This document shows positions 37,737 to 50,500 of a DNA stretch of 64,000 bases, in pieces (position 1 is the stretch's first letter; each line of letters begins with the position of its first letter). The notes beneath the pieces were generated by a model. That model made no database searches. It was not told the origin of the DNA and was given only the letters and a program-made list of their open reading frames with translations. The stretch is from NCBI RefSeq assembly GCF_006345805.1, contig NC_043017.1, forward strand, positions 3,534,001-3,598,000. Direction: 5' to 3'. This stretch comes from Octopus sinensis. Taxonomy: Eukaryota. The position numbers and the translations under genes are program-made.

Positions 37737-40700
37737 GTATGTATGTATGTGTCTGTGTTTGTTTCCCTACCATCACTTGACATCTGATGTTGGTGTGTTT
37801 ACATCCCCTTAACTTTGCGGTTTGGCAAAAGAGACTAATAAAGATTTTGGTTAAGGCTAGATCATATAAAGGAAATAAAAGCCCATATAATTTATTTATC
37901 ATTGAAGTGCTAAAGCTCTCTTTTACTAAAGATTCAATTCTGAATTTGTATCAAAAAATAATTTTGCTTTGTGAACATAGGATATGTATATTCAGTAAAT
38001 TGGTTTCTGTTCAAAAGAGCATCCAGCTGTAGAAACCATGTCAATGCAAACACTGTAGCATGATGCATTCCTCTGACCCATCAGATCCTATAAAACTATC
38101 CAATCTGTTATGCCACCATGGAAGACATGGAATGGCTGTGATGGAATTAACTTATTTACTAAACTCATTGAATCAGCATGTGTGTGTGTGTGGTTGAGTA
38201 ATCCACATACATGTGTACTGTTAGCATAACTCTCAGAACCACTGTGACAGTACGAGACAAGGATGATGCTTTGAGCTACAGTTACGGTCTATTTGATGGG
38301 CTTCTGCACAGTTTCCACCAACCTATTTCTATTTACAAGGCTTGTGTTGACCCTAGCTTTAGAAACTGACTTTTTCCCAAGATGCCATGCAGTAGGGTTG
38401 AACCTGGAACCTCATGATTATGAAGCATTTTTCTTAACTATTTGGCCATACTTCCCCTATTCTTGTGCATGTGACTGTTTGTTTATGTGTGTGTGTGTGT
38501 GTGAGAGGTCAGAAATCTACTGATCCATGCTGGTTTATATTGGACGGAACATTTTGAGGCAGTGTTTCTGACTGGATGCTTTTCTTGAATCCAACCATTT
38601 CAGACACCTCTTGCAACAAACAGGGGATACTGCGTATCTATTCTAAAAACCAGGTTACACACGATCATATATATATACATATAAAGTTAATCCAAACAAG
38701 AAAACACAAAAAAAAAACAAAAAAATACAGCAACGTGAGGACGTGGAACAAATAAAGTATTATTGGACGCTCAGGAAAGAAGGGAAGAAGGAGGGTTTAA
38801 CGTTTCGAGCGGAGCTCTTCGTCGGAAACATAGAAGGAAAGATCTCGAGAAGGGAAGACAGAGGAAAAAAAATCGCCAACGGTACACACGAGGTCACATA
38901 TTGAAAGACCATATATATACATTTCTATCCGATATAATGTTTATATCTATTTTTACTGCCTGGCCAGTATGTTTGCTTTTACATTGCTAATGCACACGGT
39001 AGAAGTACAAATTAATAATGGACCAAATGTCTTATATATTACATTAACTATGCAGTAAGTACAGGTAAGAATGTATTACCTGTCCACTAACAATTAAATA
39101 TTCTGTTAGTTTTATTCTTGGTCGGTGGGGGTGGCGGGACAGAAAAAGCAACAAAAACAAAACAGAAGACAAGAGAACAAATATTTTCAACATAATAACC
39201 CACTCCTTTCTGATGCATTTATATTGTAAGGTAATGCATAAGTAATCAGCTGACAGGTTTGCATCAATCAGCATTGGACAGGTGTGTTGTGTTGGGAAAT
39301 AATGGACTTGTTTGGATGGATGGGGCACAGGAGTGGTCCAGAGGAGATTTATTGGTGTTGGTCAGAGTGAAAGTACAGTTTCTTTCTCTCCTCCCCTTCT
39401 GGCTGTGTTTTATCACCATGGCACTTTAAAGAGGTGAAAGTATGCCTATAACTGCATTATCTATTGTGTTCATTTTTGTTGCTGCTGTTGTTGTTATTTA
39501 GCCCTTGGCCTGTGTCGATTGAACAGTCTTACGATCAACAGTGATTCAGCTGAGACCACTTTTCCAGGCATTTCATGTTGAAAGCACCAGTTTTTTCTCA
39601 GATCACCAAAAGATAAGCAGCATTGAGTCTAGATAAGTACTTGAATGGGTGAGCGCTTGGGAACCCGAGGTGCTGTAAGCATCACCTTTTAATAGGTGCA
39701 GGCATAGTTATGTGGTGAAGAAGCTTCCTTTGCAACCATGTGAATTTGATTGAAGGAAACTGAATGAAAGCCTGCTATATCTGTTTATCTATGTCTGTCT
39801 GTCTGTCTGTCTGTGTTAAGTTTCAAAAAAGGTGGGTGAATGTAGCAAAGATGGTGCATGTGAGCGATGAAACCACTTTGAGCATGATCCTGTAAATCGA
39901 AAAAAGAGAGAGAGAGAGAGCACTTTGCTCTCATGTGTTTATTCCCTCCCTACCCTAGGTTACCATGGTCTTTTCCATTGGCTTTTCTTTCCATAGATAA
40001 ACCTAATCTTGCTTCTTACATTTAAAAAATTTCCTCTGTGTTACACAATCCCTTTTGATCGCCACTATATTTAACCTGGACCATAGCAAGTTGTAAACAT
40101 CTAAGGGGCACCAGGGTTGGCACTGGGTGTTTTTCTTCAAAATTAAACGCTTTAACATGTTACAATACATATATCTTAAACCCATTTTCAAAATACCTGT
40201 TGTGGGACTTGAATGCAATGAGTTGGACATTGTACTATGAGGGAGCAGAAGTGTGACTGATGGTGAACCAATGCCTAAACCTTATGTCCTAACCATGTGG
40301 TCTTGAGTTCAGGACCCTCCTGTCCCTTTTTACAGTGTATCTTTGGCTATATGTACTTCACTATGTCTTTCCATGTTTGAGATTGTAGGCTGTGATTTGA
40401 AGGCGATCTAACTGCTATTTCTACAATGTTGAGCAACCATGTAGAGGCTGTCTCACTGGTGAAAAAGAAAGGTTATTTTATCTATAGTAGAGTATACTTA
40501 CAAGTGTCTTCTATTGTATAGCCCTGGGCTGACCAAAACCTTGTGAGTGGATTTGGTAGGTGGAACATGAAGGAAACTTATTTTGTGTGTGTGTGTGTAG
40601 ACAATGTGATGGTTGTAAATGAGCATCATTGTCATGCAAACATGGTTTAGTGCCACATGAAATGCACTTGTGTCTGTGCCACATGAGATGCACTCACGCT

Positions 40701-42597
40701 GGTACCACATATTTTATTTTTATGCCTGGTGTATATTCTATCAGTCTATTTTGCTGAACTGCTACGTTACAGGACATAAACACATCAACACCGATTGTCA
40801 AATAGTTGTGGGAGGCAAACACAGATACAAATACGCACACGCGATGGGCTTCTTTCAGTTTCCATCTACCAAATCCACTCACAAAGCTTTGGTTGGCCTG
40901 GAGCTATAGAAGAAGATTCTTGCCCAAGGTGCCATGCAGTAGGACTGAAACCAGAACCATATAGTTAGGAAGCAAGCTTCTTACCACACAACCATGTCTG
41001 TATCAACAATTAAAAAAAAAATTTAAATACAGATAATAATTTTGATGATTAATTCCTACAAGTATTGAATACACCTATAAAGTTTACTAAATGATCGCTC
41101 CACTTGTCACCACCTGTGTCTAATTATTATTTATATTATATTCATTATTCCAGAATAATGAACATCCCATAGAAAACACCTCATTAACTTTTATATGAAC
41201 AAAAACACTCATTCTTGTCCTGAGGGGTGGGGGTAGTCTAGGGCAGCAAAAGGCTGCTTGTTATTTATTCTCTATGCATAAACTGTTTTATAGGTTTTTG
41301 ACATAAATATTTGAAGAAATTGGCAGCAGTATTTGTGGTGATTGTAATGTTGATGGTGGTAGTAGTAGTAGTAGTTGTAGGTGTTTGGTCCTGAGTTCGT
41401 CCTCTTCCTCTTTGAGTAAACTTACACTCAAAGAGCGTTTGGTGATTGTTCTGGGTAATTTATTTCTTTCAGACAGTACTGTAAATTGTGTGTGTGTATA
41501 CATATGATGTATGTATGCTTGTGGATGGTGGTGATCCCTGCTGTACTCTTTCACCACAACTTTCTCTCACTCTTACTTCCTGTTTCTGTTGTACCTGTAT
41601 TTCAAAGGACCGGCCTTGTCACTCTCTGTGTAACGCTGAATCTCCCTGAGAACTACGTTAACCTTTTAGTATTTAAACCGGCCATATCTGGCCAAAATAT
41701 TTAATCTGTTTTATGTTCAAACTGACCAGATCCAGGCCCTCACACCTACCTTACAATGTTATTCTACATTAAGTAATTACACCATCAAGATCTTGAAGAT
41801 ATGAGATAATACATGATTAATTCAAATCAATGGGAATCAATAGGCATTATGTTTGATTTGAATAATCTGAACACTAAAGGGTTAAGGGTACATGTGTCTG
41901 TGGAGTGCTCAGCCACTTACACGTTAATTTCACGAGCAGGCTGTTCCGTTGATTCGGATCAACCGGAACCCTCGTCGTCGTAACCGACGGAGTTCCTCCA
42001 TTCCATCCATGTATGCTTGTATTTAACATTCCCAGAGGTGACTTTTTTTGCCAAAGGGAAATTATTGAAGGAAGTCTGTGGGAGAGAAAACATAAAAAAT
42101 GATATCTAAATGATAAAATTTATCAGAAAGGCAAGTGAAGCATGATGTAAGACGAACAGACAGGAAATGATACAGAAAATGTCAAAGTGGATGAATTCCC
42201 ACCTTGTCCCTGATTGATAATTAGGAAGCAATGAACTTGAGAATAATTAAGGATTTTTTCCTTTTGTTTTACATCTTTATTTTCTTGCTAGAAGGAAATA
42301 AAAGCCATGAAAGGCATTTCCATATGTTTATTCATGCTATTAGAAAAAGTTGACATATTTCCCTTAAATCCTACCTTACTGCCCTTGAAAGTAAGGGCAC
42401 TTTAGACCAGTTGTTCTCAAACTTTTTAATAACTAGGACAGATCCAAAACCTGGATTTCTTTTAATGGGCTGCACAAAAAAAAAAAGATAAATAAATAAA
42501 ACACAAGTCAATTAAAGAAACATTTAAGACTATCAGGGGCCACTGGAATGATGCTGGAGGGCTACATGCATTCCCAGAATCTGTGGCTGCTGGAATA

Positions 42598-42658
<61 letters not shown>

Positions 42659-42828
42659 AAATATTAGCAAAAAAACACCTTTTAACAATTCAAAATGAAT
42701 AATTAAATTACACCATCTAGAAAATTACATATAATAGAAAAGTTAAAATTAAAATAACAATTAAAAAGTAAAGATTAAGTAAATTACAAGAATAATAGTT
42801 TGGATTTTATTCCCTCAAATAATAATTA

Positions 42829-42895
<67 letters not shown>

Positions 42896-44507
42896 TTGTC
42901 AATTTTATTTAAAAAATTCCATATGTGGCTGAAGAGTGGTCTACATTTTAAAACTGATGTAATACTTACATTGTTTAATTAAATGAAGTAGCATGAAACG
43001 TTTGTACTACACTACCTTTGGATATCCTTGTTGCTTATTTTGATTATATATATATATATTAATAATAATAATATGACAACAAAAGAACGAATGAGACCTC
43101 GATATTATGTGAATAGAGGAATTTATCTATAAAGATAATGTGTGACAATTAGTTGGTTGTCATAATAAAACTCATAGTTTCAGGTTAGGGTTAATAACTG
43201 ATGAGATGCCGGAGCAGACTTCTAAGGATTCCAGCCTTGGAATGTAGCAGTGAAAATGAATCGTATCCTCCTTAATTTCAGTTTGTTTCCATTACCTATG
43301 ACTAAGTTGTTTTACTCCCTCACAGCATCTATTTACAGCTGGGAGCTAAGGAAAAAGCCTGTATGTGGTTGCAAGACCTGCGAAAAATAGCAGCCAAATC
43401 TCCTTCAGATTACACCCAGTCATCTATAAAAAAGAGTATGGGTACATTGGATGATGTAATCCAAGATACATGATCAAATGACTGCTGGATTAATGCTGAC
43501 TCAGGGCTAAACAGCAGCTTGGAGGAATTAATCATCCAGTGTTTTGGCCATTTTTTTTCCAATATTATATAATATTGCTGTAGCTTGACCTCAGGTCAAA
43601 CGTCAGATTAGTTCTATAATCACAAAATTCGTCCAGCCCTAACTCACTCAATTTCCCTGTTATCTACAAACTTAGTTTCTCATGTGTGTCCTACCATGTT
43701 TTTTTCTTTTCTTTTTTTTTTGTTCTTGCTTTTTTCCAAAGACAATTAGGACGTGATTTGGATAAATTCGGCTGCTTTATTACTTACACAAGTAAACAAT
43801 ACCGCTCTTTGTACTCTCAGAACTAATTTATCGGATCAGGTATTTTTTTAGGTTAATTATAGCGAAGGCTCAAAAGTGCAGAGATGGCTTGCAACACATC
43901 CTCTCTTTAAAAACACAAATAGACCCCTCCCCGACCTACCTGTTGTTACTGCTCTTGCTACTTCTCATCTCATCACACACAGAATCCCCCCCCCCCTCGC
44001 CTCATCTTCCCCACGTTCCTCCTACCCATAGTGACAATGATTATCTTCCTCCCTTCCCACCACCCAGGTATTCTTCTTGGTATACAATTCTATTTACGGT
44101 ACGTACCTGCAATGAATAAATGCTTCACAATTATGGTTTGTTTGAAAAGTATTCGATCGGAAACTGTTTTTACCTGGCAATGTTTAATAGACAATCTCAT
44201 CAATACCTATATCTACGATTGAACTAATGAAAAAATCTATGCAGCAGTTTGGATGTAGAACAAAACATAAACTCATGAAATATATATATATATATAATAT
44301 AATGAAGTTATTGTATATATATATATATATTGCGTGTGTGTGTAGGTGTCATGAAATAGTATATGTATTCATATACAATAAACAGAATATATATGTGTGT
44401 TTGTGTGTGTATACTTATATGTGTATATATGCATGAATGAATGTATAATATATATATATGCTTGTACTTATGTATATATATCTATATTTATTTATGTATG
44501 CATGTGC

Positions 44508-44538
<31 letters not shown>

Positions 44539-47500
44539 AATATATATGTAGGTGTTTATATGCATGTATGTGTATGTATGTATATGTATGTATGAATATG
44601 TATGTAAGAATATATATGTGTGTGTGTGTGTATATATATATACATACATACATATATGTATGTATGTATATGTATGTATGAATATGTATGTAAGAATATA
44701 TATGTGTGTGTGTGTGTATATATATACATACATACATATATGTATGTATGTATATGTATGTATGAATATGTATGTAAGAATATATGTGTGTGTATATATA
44801 TACATACATATATGTATGTGTGTATATATATTTATATATGTATGTGTATAAATATTATGTGTGTATATGTGTGTATGTGTATATATATTTATATGTGTGT
44901 ATGTGTATATATATTTATATATGTGTGTATATGTGTATATATATCTATATATATTTATGCATATATATGTTAGCATTGTATACATCTATGCATGTATATA
45001 TCAATCATCATTTATGCTCGTTCACCTGTTCCTGCCAATCAGCTGTGGCCATGCTGGGGTGTTCCCATTTCTGTCACTTTTAATTTGTTATCACAGCCAT
45101 TCTGGGAGTGATTTCTGGTAAATGGAGGAGTTGGATATTCACTTTATTTATTCGTGTTCTTTTCTGTGATGTAGGTTTATTTGGGCCCTTCTGATAAAAC
45201 GATATCCAGGTATTTTTTGAACACACTTATCTCCATCCCTTGTATATTTCTCTTATGTTTTTCAGGGTAGGTATCGAAAAGTAGTGGGACTTTGAGCCAT
45301 GTGCTGTTACAGTATTGGGTCCTTCTTCTAGATAAAGAGGATTGGAGCTTTGGTACTTTGCAATGGAATCTTGTTTGGTGATTGGTAGAGTTTTCGGTCC
45401 CTAATTTTGGCACAGAATCTTCAAGATCTTATCTCTCTACCTGCCTACCTACCTCCACATTTATTTATTTTTTTTGTTTCTTTTTGTGTTTTTGAGTGTA
45501 TGTGTGTATGTATAAATTTTTGTGTTAGTGTATTTATGTGTCTGTGTGTATATATGACTATCTGTATATAAATATGTCAACAATTCCCTCTAAGAATATA
45601 CTTTTTTTGTTTCTGTTTTACCATTGTCCTGTCACAGAGTAAAGATGGCTTGTTTGTCTACTTCAGTTTTCTGGAGTACTTAGTTCATTCTAAGTTTCTA
45701 ATATTTCAGAGATTTTTACTTCCTTATTATCAATAGATACAGGAAGGCCAAGGAGTTGGGGGTTACAATGTCCATTCATGCAGGTGAACAATAAGGGCAA
45801 TGTTTTCTGAGTAAATTCTCTATTGTTTTGCACTGAGGTTTATTCTGTTCCATTTCTTTGTTGGTTCATCCTGTCTACTAAGAAAGTTCAGATCAAATTA
45901 GTAGTGACCCTTATTCTATTTATTTTCGTTTTAATTACTAGCCAATCACTAATTCTCTGTGTTCTTGATGTTGGAGAGTGGCTGAGTAATTTTATTTGAA
46001 AAAATCAGTTTTGCCAATATATATTGCTGAAGGTAAAGGCAGTCACCTGGCAGGATTATTAGCACACCGGGTAAAATCATTTAGCGGCATTTTGTTCATC
46101 ATTATGTTCAGAGTTCAAATTTCACCAAGATCACTTTTGCCTTTTGTTCGTTGATAAAATAAGTACCAGTTAAGCACTATGGTCATTGTAATAGACTAGT
46201 CCCCACCCCCAACGTAGACTAGAAACCAACATATATGGTGAAAATATATCATCATCATGATTTAATGCCTGTCTTCCATGCTGGCATGGGTTGGATGGTT
46301 TGACAGGAGCTGGCATGGCTGGGAGCCTCACCAGGTTCCATCGTCTGTTTCGGCATGAACAATAATATCTAGGGTTTACCAAGTTTTGATACCATTTCAT
46401 ATCTTTCTTTTGATATAGAATTATCTGAAGTAATCGACCTTTTCCTTTTCTATTTTATAGTTCTTCACAAACGGAAGAAAAGGGGGAAATTCAGTGCTAT
46501 TGGTCCCTTAGCACTGTGGCACGCTTGTCAGAATATAGTAAAAGATGAAGGTAAGTATTATAAGTTGTTCTGATATCTTCTCTCTTGACTGTTGGATAAA
46601 TTAGATACGTAGATACTGCACGGCAGAACTGAACTCAAAACCATGTGGTTTCAAAGTGAGCTTCTTAACCACAGAGTTATGCCTGTGTCTATGACCAGTA
46701 AAAAAAATGGTGGTTTAAGGGATCATGCTTGTAGACTGTACATGAACAGTTCACACTTGCCCTTTGGCACTTCACCCTCTATCCTTTAAACAGTCACCTG
46801 TTAACCCCATTGTCAATGCCAGAAGAAACTTGTCTCTAAACTAAATAATTGTCTTTTATTGAAGTTGACCTCTCGTCTTGGAAGAAGAAGATTGAAGCTA
46901 ACACTGGCTCAGATGAATCAGATCTTGTCTCCACCGTCCACAATGATGTACTTGACACCACTTTCCAGAAACACGTTCGCTACAAAGATGGTATCGTTAC
47001 TCTAGGATGTATTGGTAATGTATTATTCAACCATTGAAATAAAACTTCATAACAATTCTGTCCCCTATACTCTGTCTGCCCTGCCACCCCCGAGGTTCCT
47101 CCTTACACATGTTTTACTGCAACTGTTAACTCATAACTGTTCTAGAAAAGCATTAACTGTGTCAGTTTTGCTCGTTATATAAGGCTTGTAAAGGTAATTG
47201 ACTGCAAGAAATTTCATTCTTTAAGCATATTGAAGGAGTTTGAGTGTGTATAAAAGTTTAGTATTAATTAGCAGTATCGCCCGGCGTTGCTCGGGTTTGT
47301 AAGGGAAATAACTATATAAGCATTTTTAGAGAGTTATAGCCAAAAAATAGCAAAAAAATGCATTAAAAATGGAAAAAAAATTATGGTAAATTTTTTTAAA
47401 AGTTGTTGACTAATCGTAGACATTTTTAGAGAGTTACTTCCCTTATATAATAGCAAAAAAATGCATTAAAAATGGAAAAAAATGATGGTAAATTTTTTTT

Positions 47501-50500
47501 TAAATCGTAGACTCATCGTAGACGCGTGCTAATACCCAGAAGGGCTCGATATGAATCACGGCTATAAGATACCCAGTTTTGGTTAAACTGCACCGCAAAA
47601 TGTGGGAGTAGTTAGGAATCTAAATCGTAGGAGACAGACAGCACACAACCTCACTTTTATATATAAAGATATGTGCTGACTTGGCAGATACATTTTACCA
47701 TTTATATATGTTTCTAACTTTCTGTCGGGGTCACAGATTCTTTTTAAAGAGCAATATTTGAAATACAAACTTGTGGCTCTTTCTTTCCTATCTCTCGTAT
47801 AATGACTTGTGCTCCTTGGACCTTGTAGGTTTTGTACCCCCAACCATTCAGATACCCTCGACCCATTTGTCTCTCCACCCCTTGCCACCCTTGTACTGTC
47901 TTACCCTTTCTGCTCCTCCACTTACCACTGTTTCCATCCTTCCGCGCTAGAATATTGTTCTTTTGGAATCTTCCCTCGGTTCACGTCTTTTCTGCAGTTG
48001 TTAAACAGAACGTGAACCCCTCAACACTCAGATTACTCTGCCAACTTTAATGCTTATTTATTGATATTGTTTTGAATTAACCATGCATTACATCCTAGTT
48101 TTGAGAATTTGAGGTCGCCCTTTCCTCTCCATGCATACATCATAAGCAAGTACAGAAATTTGAGGAAAAAAAAAGCCCCAAAAAACAAAAGCATTTACCC
48201 AAGTGCGATGTTAGGTGTGTGTGTGTGTGTGGGTATTCTTTTCCTGGTTTCAGTCATTGACTGAGATCAGGAAAAGAAAATGCTTGTGTGAATGTGTGTG
48301 TGTGTGGGGGGGACTGACACTACTAAAGAATAAAAGAATCGCTTCCTTGAACGAATGAAGATTGTTTTAGTTTAGTATCTCTGATCAAAGACATTCAGCT
48401 GTGAAAAGCCAGTGTTTTCGCTCAGACACAATGTATCTTTAACTCTTTACCATTCAAAGTTACTCTGTCAAATGTAATGCTTATTTATTCCCATTGATAT
48501 GAATTAGTCATTCATTGTCTTGTAGCCTTGAGATTTCAATGATGTGATTGTTTATTTTTAGAATAATATTGTAGAGTAAGTGTGAGAGACCAGATCTGGC
48601 CGGTTTGAAGATAAAACAGGTAGAATATTTTGGCTGGATATGTCCAGTGTAAATGCTAAAGGGTTAAGGTATTAAGGTTTGATTTGAGGAGGGCTTGGCT
48701 GCTGTTTCTAGCGATTGTGCAGAGGTTCTCTCATTGACTTATAGGTGGTTACTTACATGCCTACATCTTCTGAAGTACAGCCGACTAATTAAACACTGCA
48801 GCAACGACATCAATGGCCTATTCTTAACGAGACAATGAGGCAAGAAGTCAAGTTATATCCAGACCAAAGAAGTTGTCACAATGCTTGTATCAGAATGCCT
48901 TTAAGGATGAGCCTGGTTCAAGCATTGTGACCCCTTCTTTGGTCTGGATATAACTCGATGTCTTGATGTGCTTTTTGCTACTAGTGTATCCCATGTCTCA
49001 TGGTCCAGTACTCTCATCTTCACCAGTTTTAGAGACCTTGCAAGAAAAGGTGAAGGATTCACGCTTTCTTCCTTTATCTAAGCCATGCATAAAAACAAAA
49101 AACAAAATAAAAAGGTAAACCTGGTTTCACCATTGATCCCTTTTTTTATTCTCTTCTTTTGACAGGTTACCCCAATGTAGGCAAATCTTCTTTGATGAAT
49201 GGACTGGTTGGCAAAAAGGTTGTTGTTTTATATATATACGCATATCATTTTTTTTTAGTTATTCCCATTTACTTTAATGCTTTCTTTAACTCCTGTGTTG
49301 CTCTGTTTCTTGTCATGTAATGTTCTGTAGCCCATGTTGCTTGACCCCTCTGGCAAATTTGTAAATTTTGTTTTAAACCATTTGTGCTTTGCTAAAGGTT
49401 ATATTTAAGAAAAAAGGTGATACTAGGATAGAAAAAAAAGGGGTTTTAGATCAGTGGTTCTCAACCTTCTTAATACACAGGGCCAGATTCAAAACTTGGA
49501 TGTTTTTAGGGGGCAGCACCAAAAAATAAAAAAAAGTAAAACAGAACTCAATTAAGCAAAACTTTATTGTAAATATTTATAGAAGGAGGACTATTGAGGG
49601 CCACCAGAAGGATGCTTGAGGGCCACAGGCATATTGGAATTGTTTCTCTTTAATTTATGCGTCGGATATTTCCTCCTGGAACTTGGCTTTCAAAATTTCC
49701 ATCCTTCTTCTCATCCTTCTTCACTCTCTCTCTCACTCTTTCTCTGTCCCTTTCTGTCACTCTCTCTTTCTCTCACTCACTCTGCCTCTGTCTTTCTCTC
49801 TCTTCTCTATTTTTCTTTCTCTCTCTTTCTCTAACTCACTTTTCACTCTCTCTCTCACTCTTTTTCTGTCCCTTTCTGTCACTCTCTCTTTCTCTCACTC
49901 ACTCTTCCTGTCTTTCTCTCTCTTTCTCTGACTCACTCTCTCTCTGTCTCTCCTCACTCCCCCTCTTCCCCCCACACTCTCATTGTAACCTGTTCACTCC
50001 TCTCACTTTCAGGTGGTCAGTGTCTCCCGAACACCAGGACACACCAAGCATTTCCAGACCATATTCCTGACTTCTACTGTAAGACTCTGTGACTGTCCAG
50101 GTTTAGTGTTTCCATCAAGGGTACCGAAACAACTGCAGGTAATGTCTACACACACGCACGCACACACACACACACACACTCACACACACACTTTTGTAAG
50201 CTTTCATCATCATCATCGTTTAATGTCCGCTTTCCATGCTAGCATGGGTTGGACAGTTCGACCAGGGTCTGGGAAGCCAGAAGGCTGCACCAGGCTCCAG
50301 TCAGATCTGGCAGTGTTTCTACAGCTGGATGCCCTTCCTGATGCCAACCACTCCGTGAGTGTAGTGGGTGCTTTTTATGTGAATGCAAATTAAAAATTAT
50401 TACACAGACAAAACATACTTGTAATAAACTTAGAACAAATGCTGTGGGTGATGAAGAAATTAATGGTCAGTGACCAAGACTTCTGGTGATTTGCTGTGCT

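Noticed and set aside
43165-43215. CTGATGAG hammerhead-like core at ~43199 and a gttagggtta telomere-like word
   Set aside because: No stem II followed by GAAA and no stem I/III could be built; a single TTAGGG is not an array.
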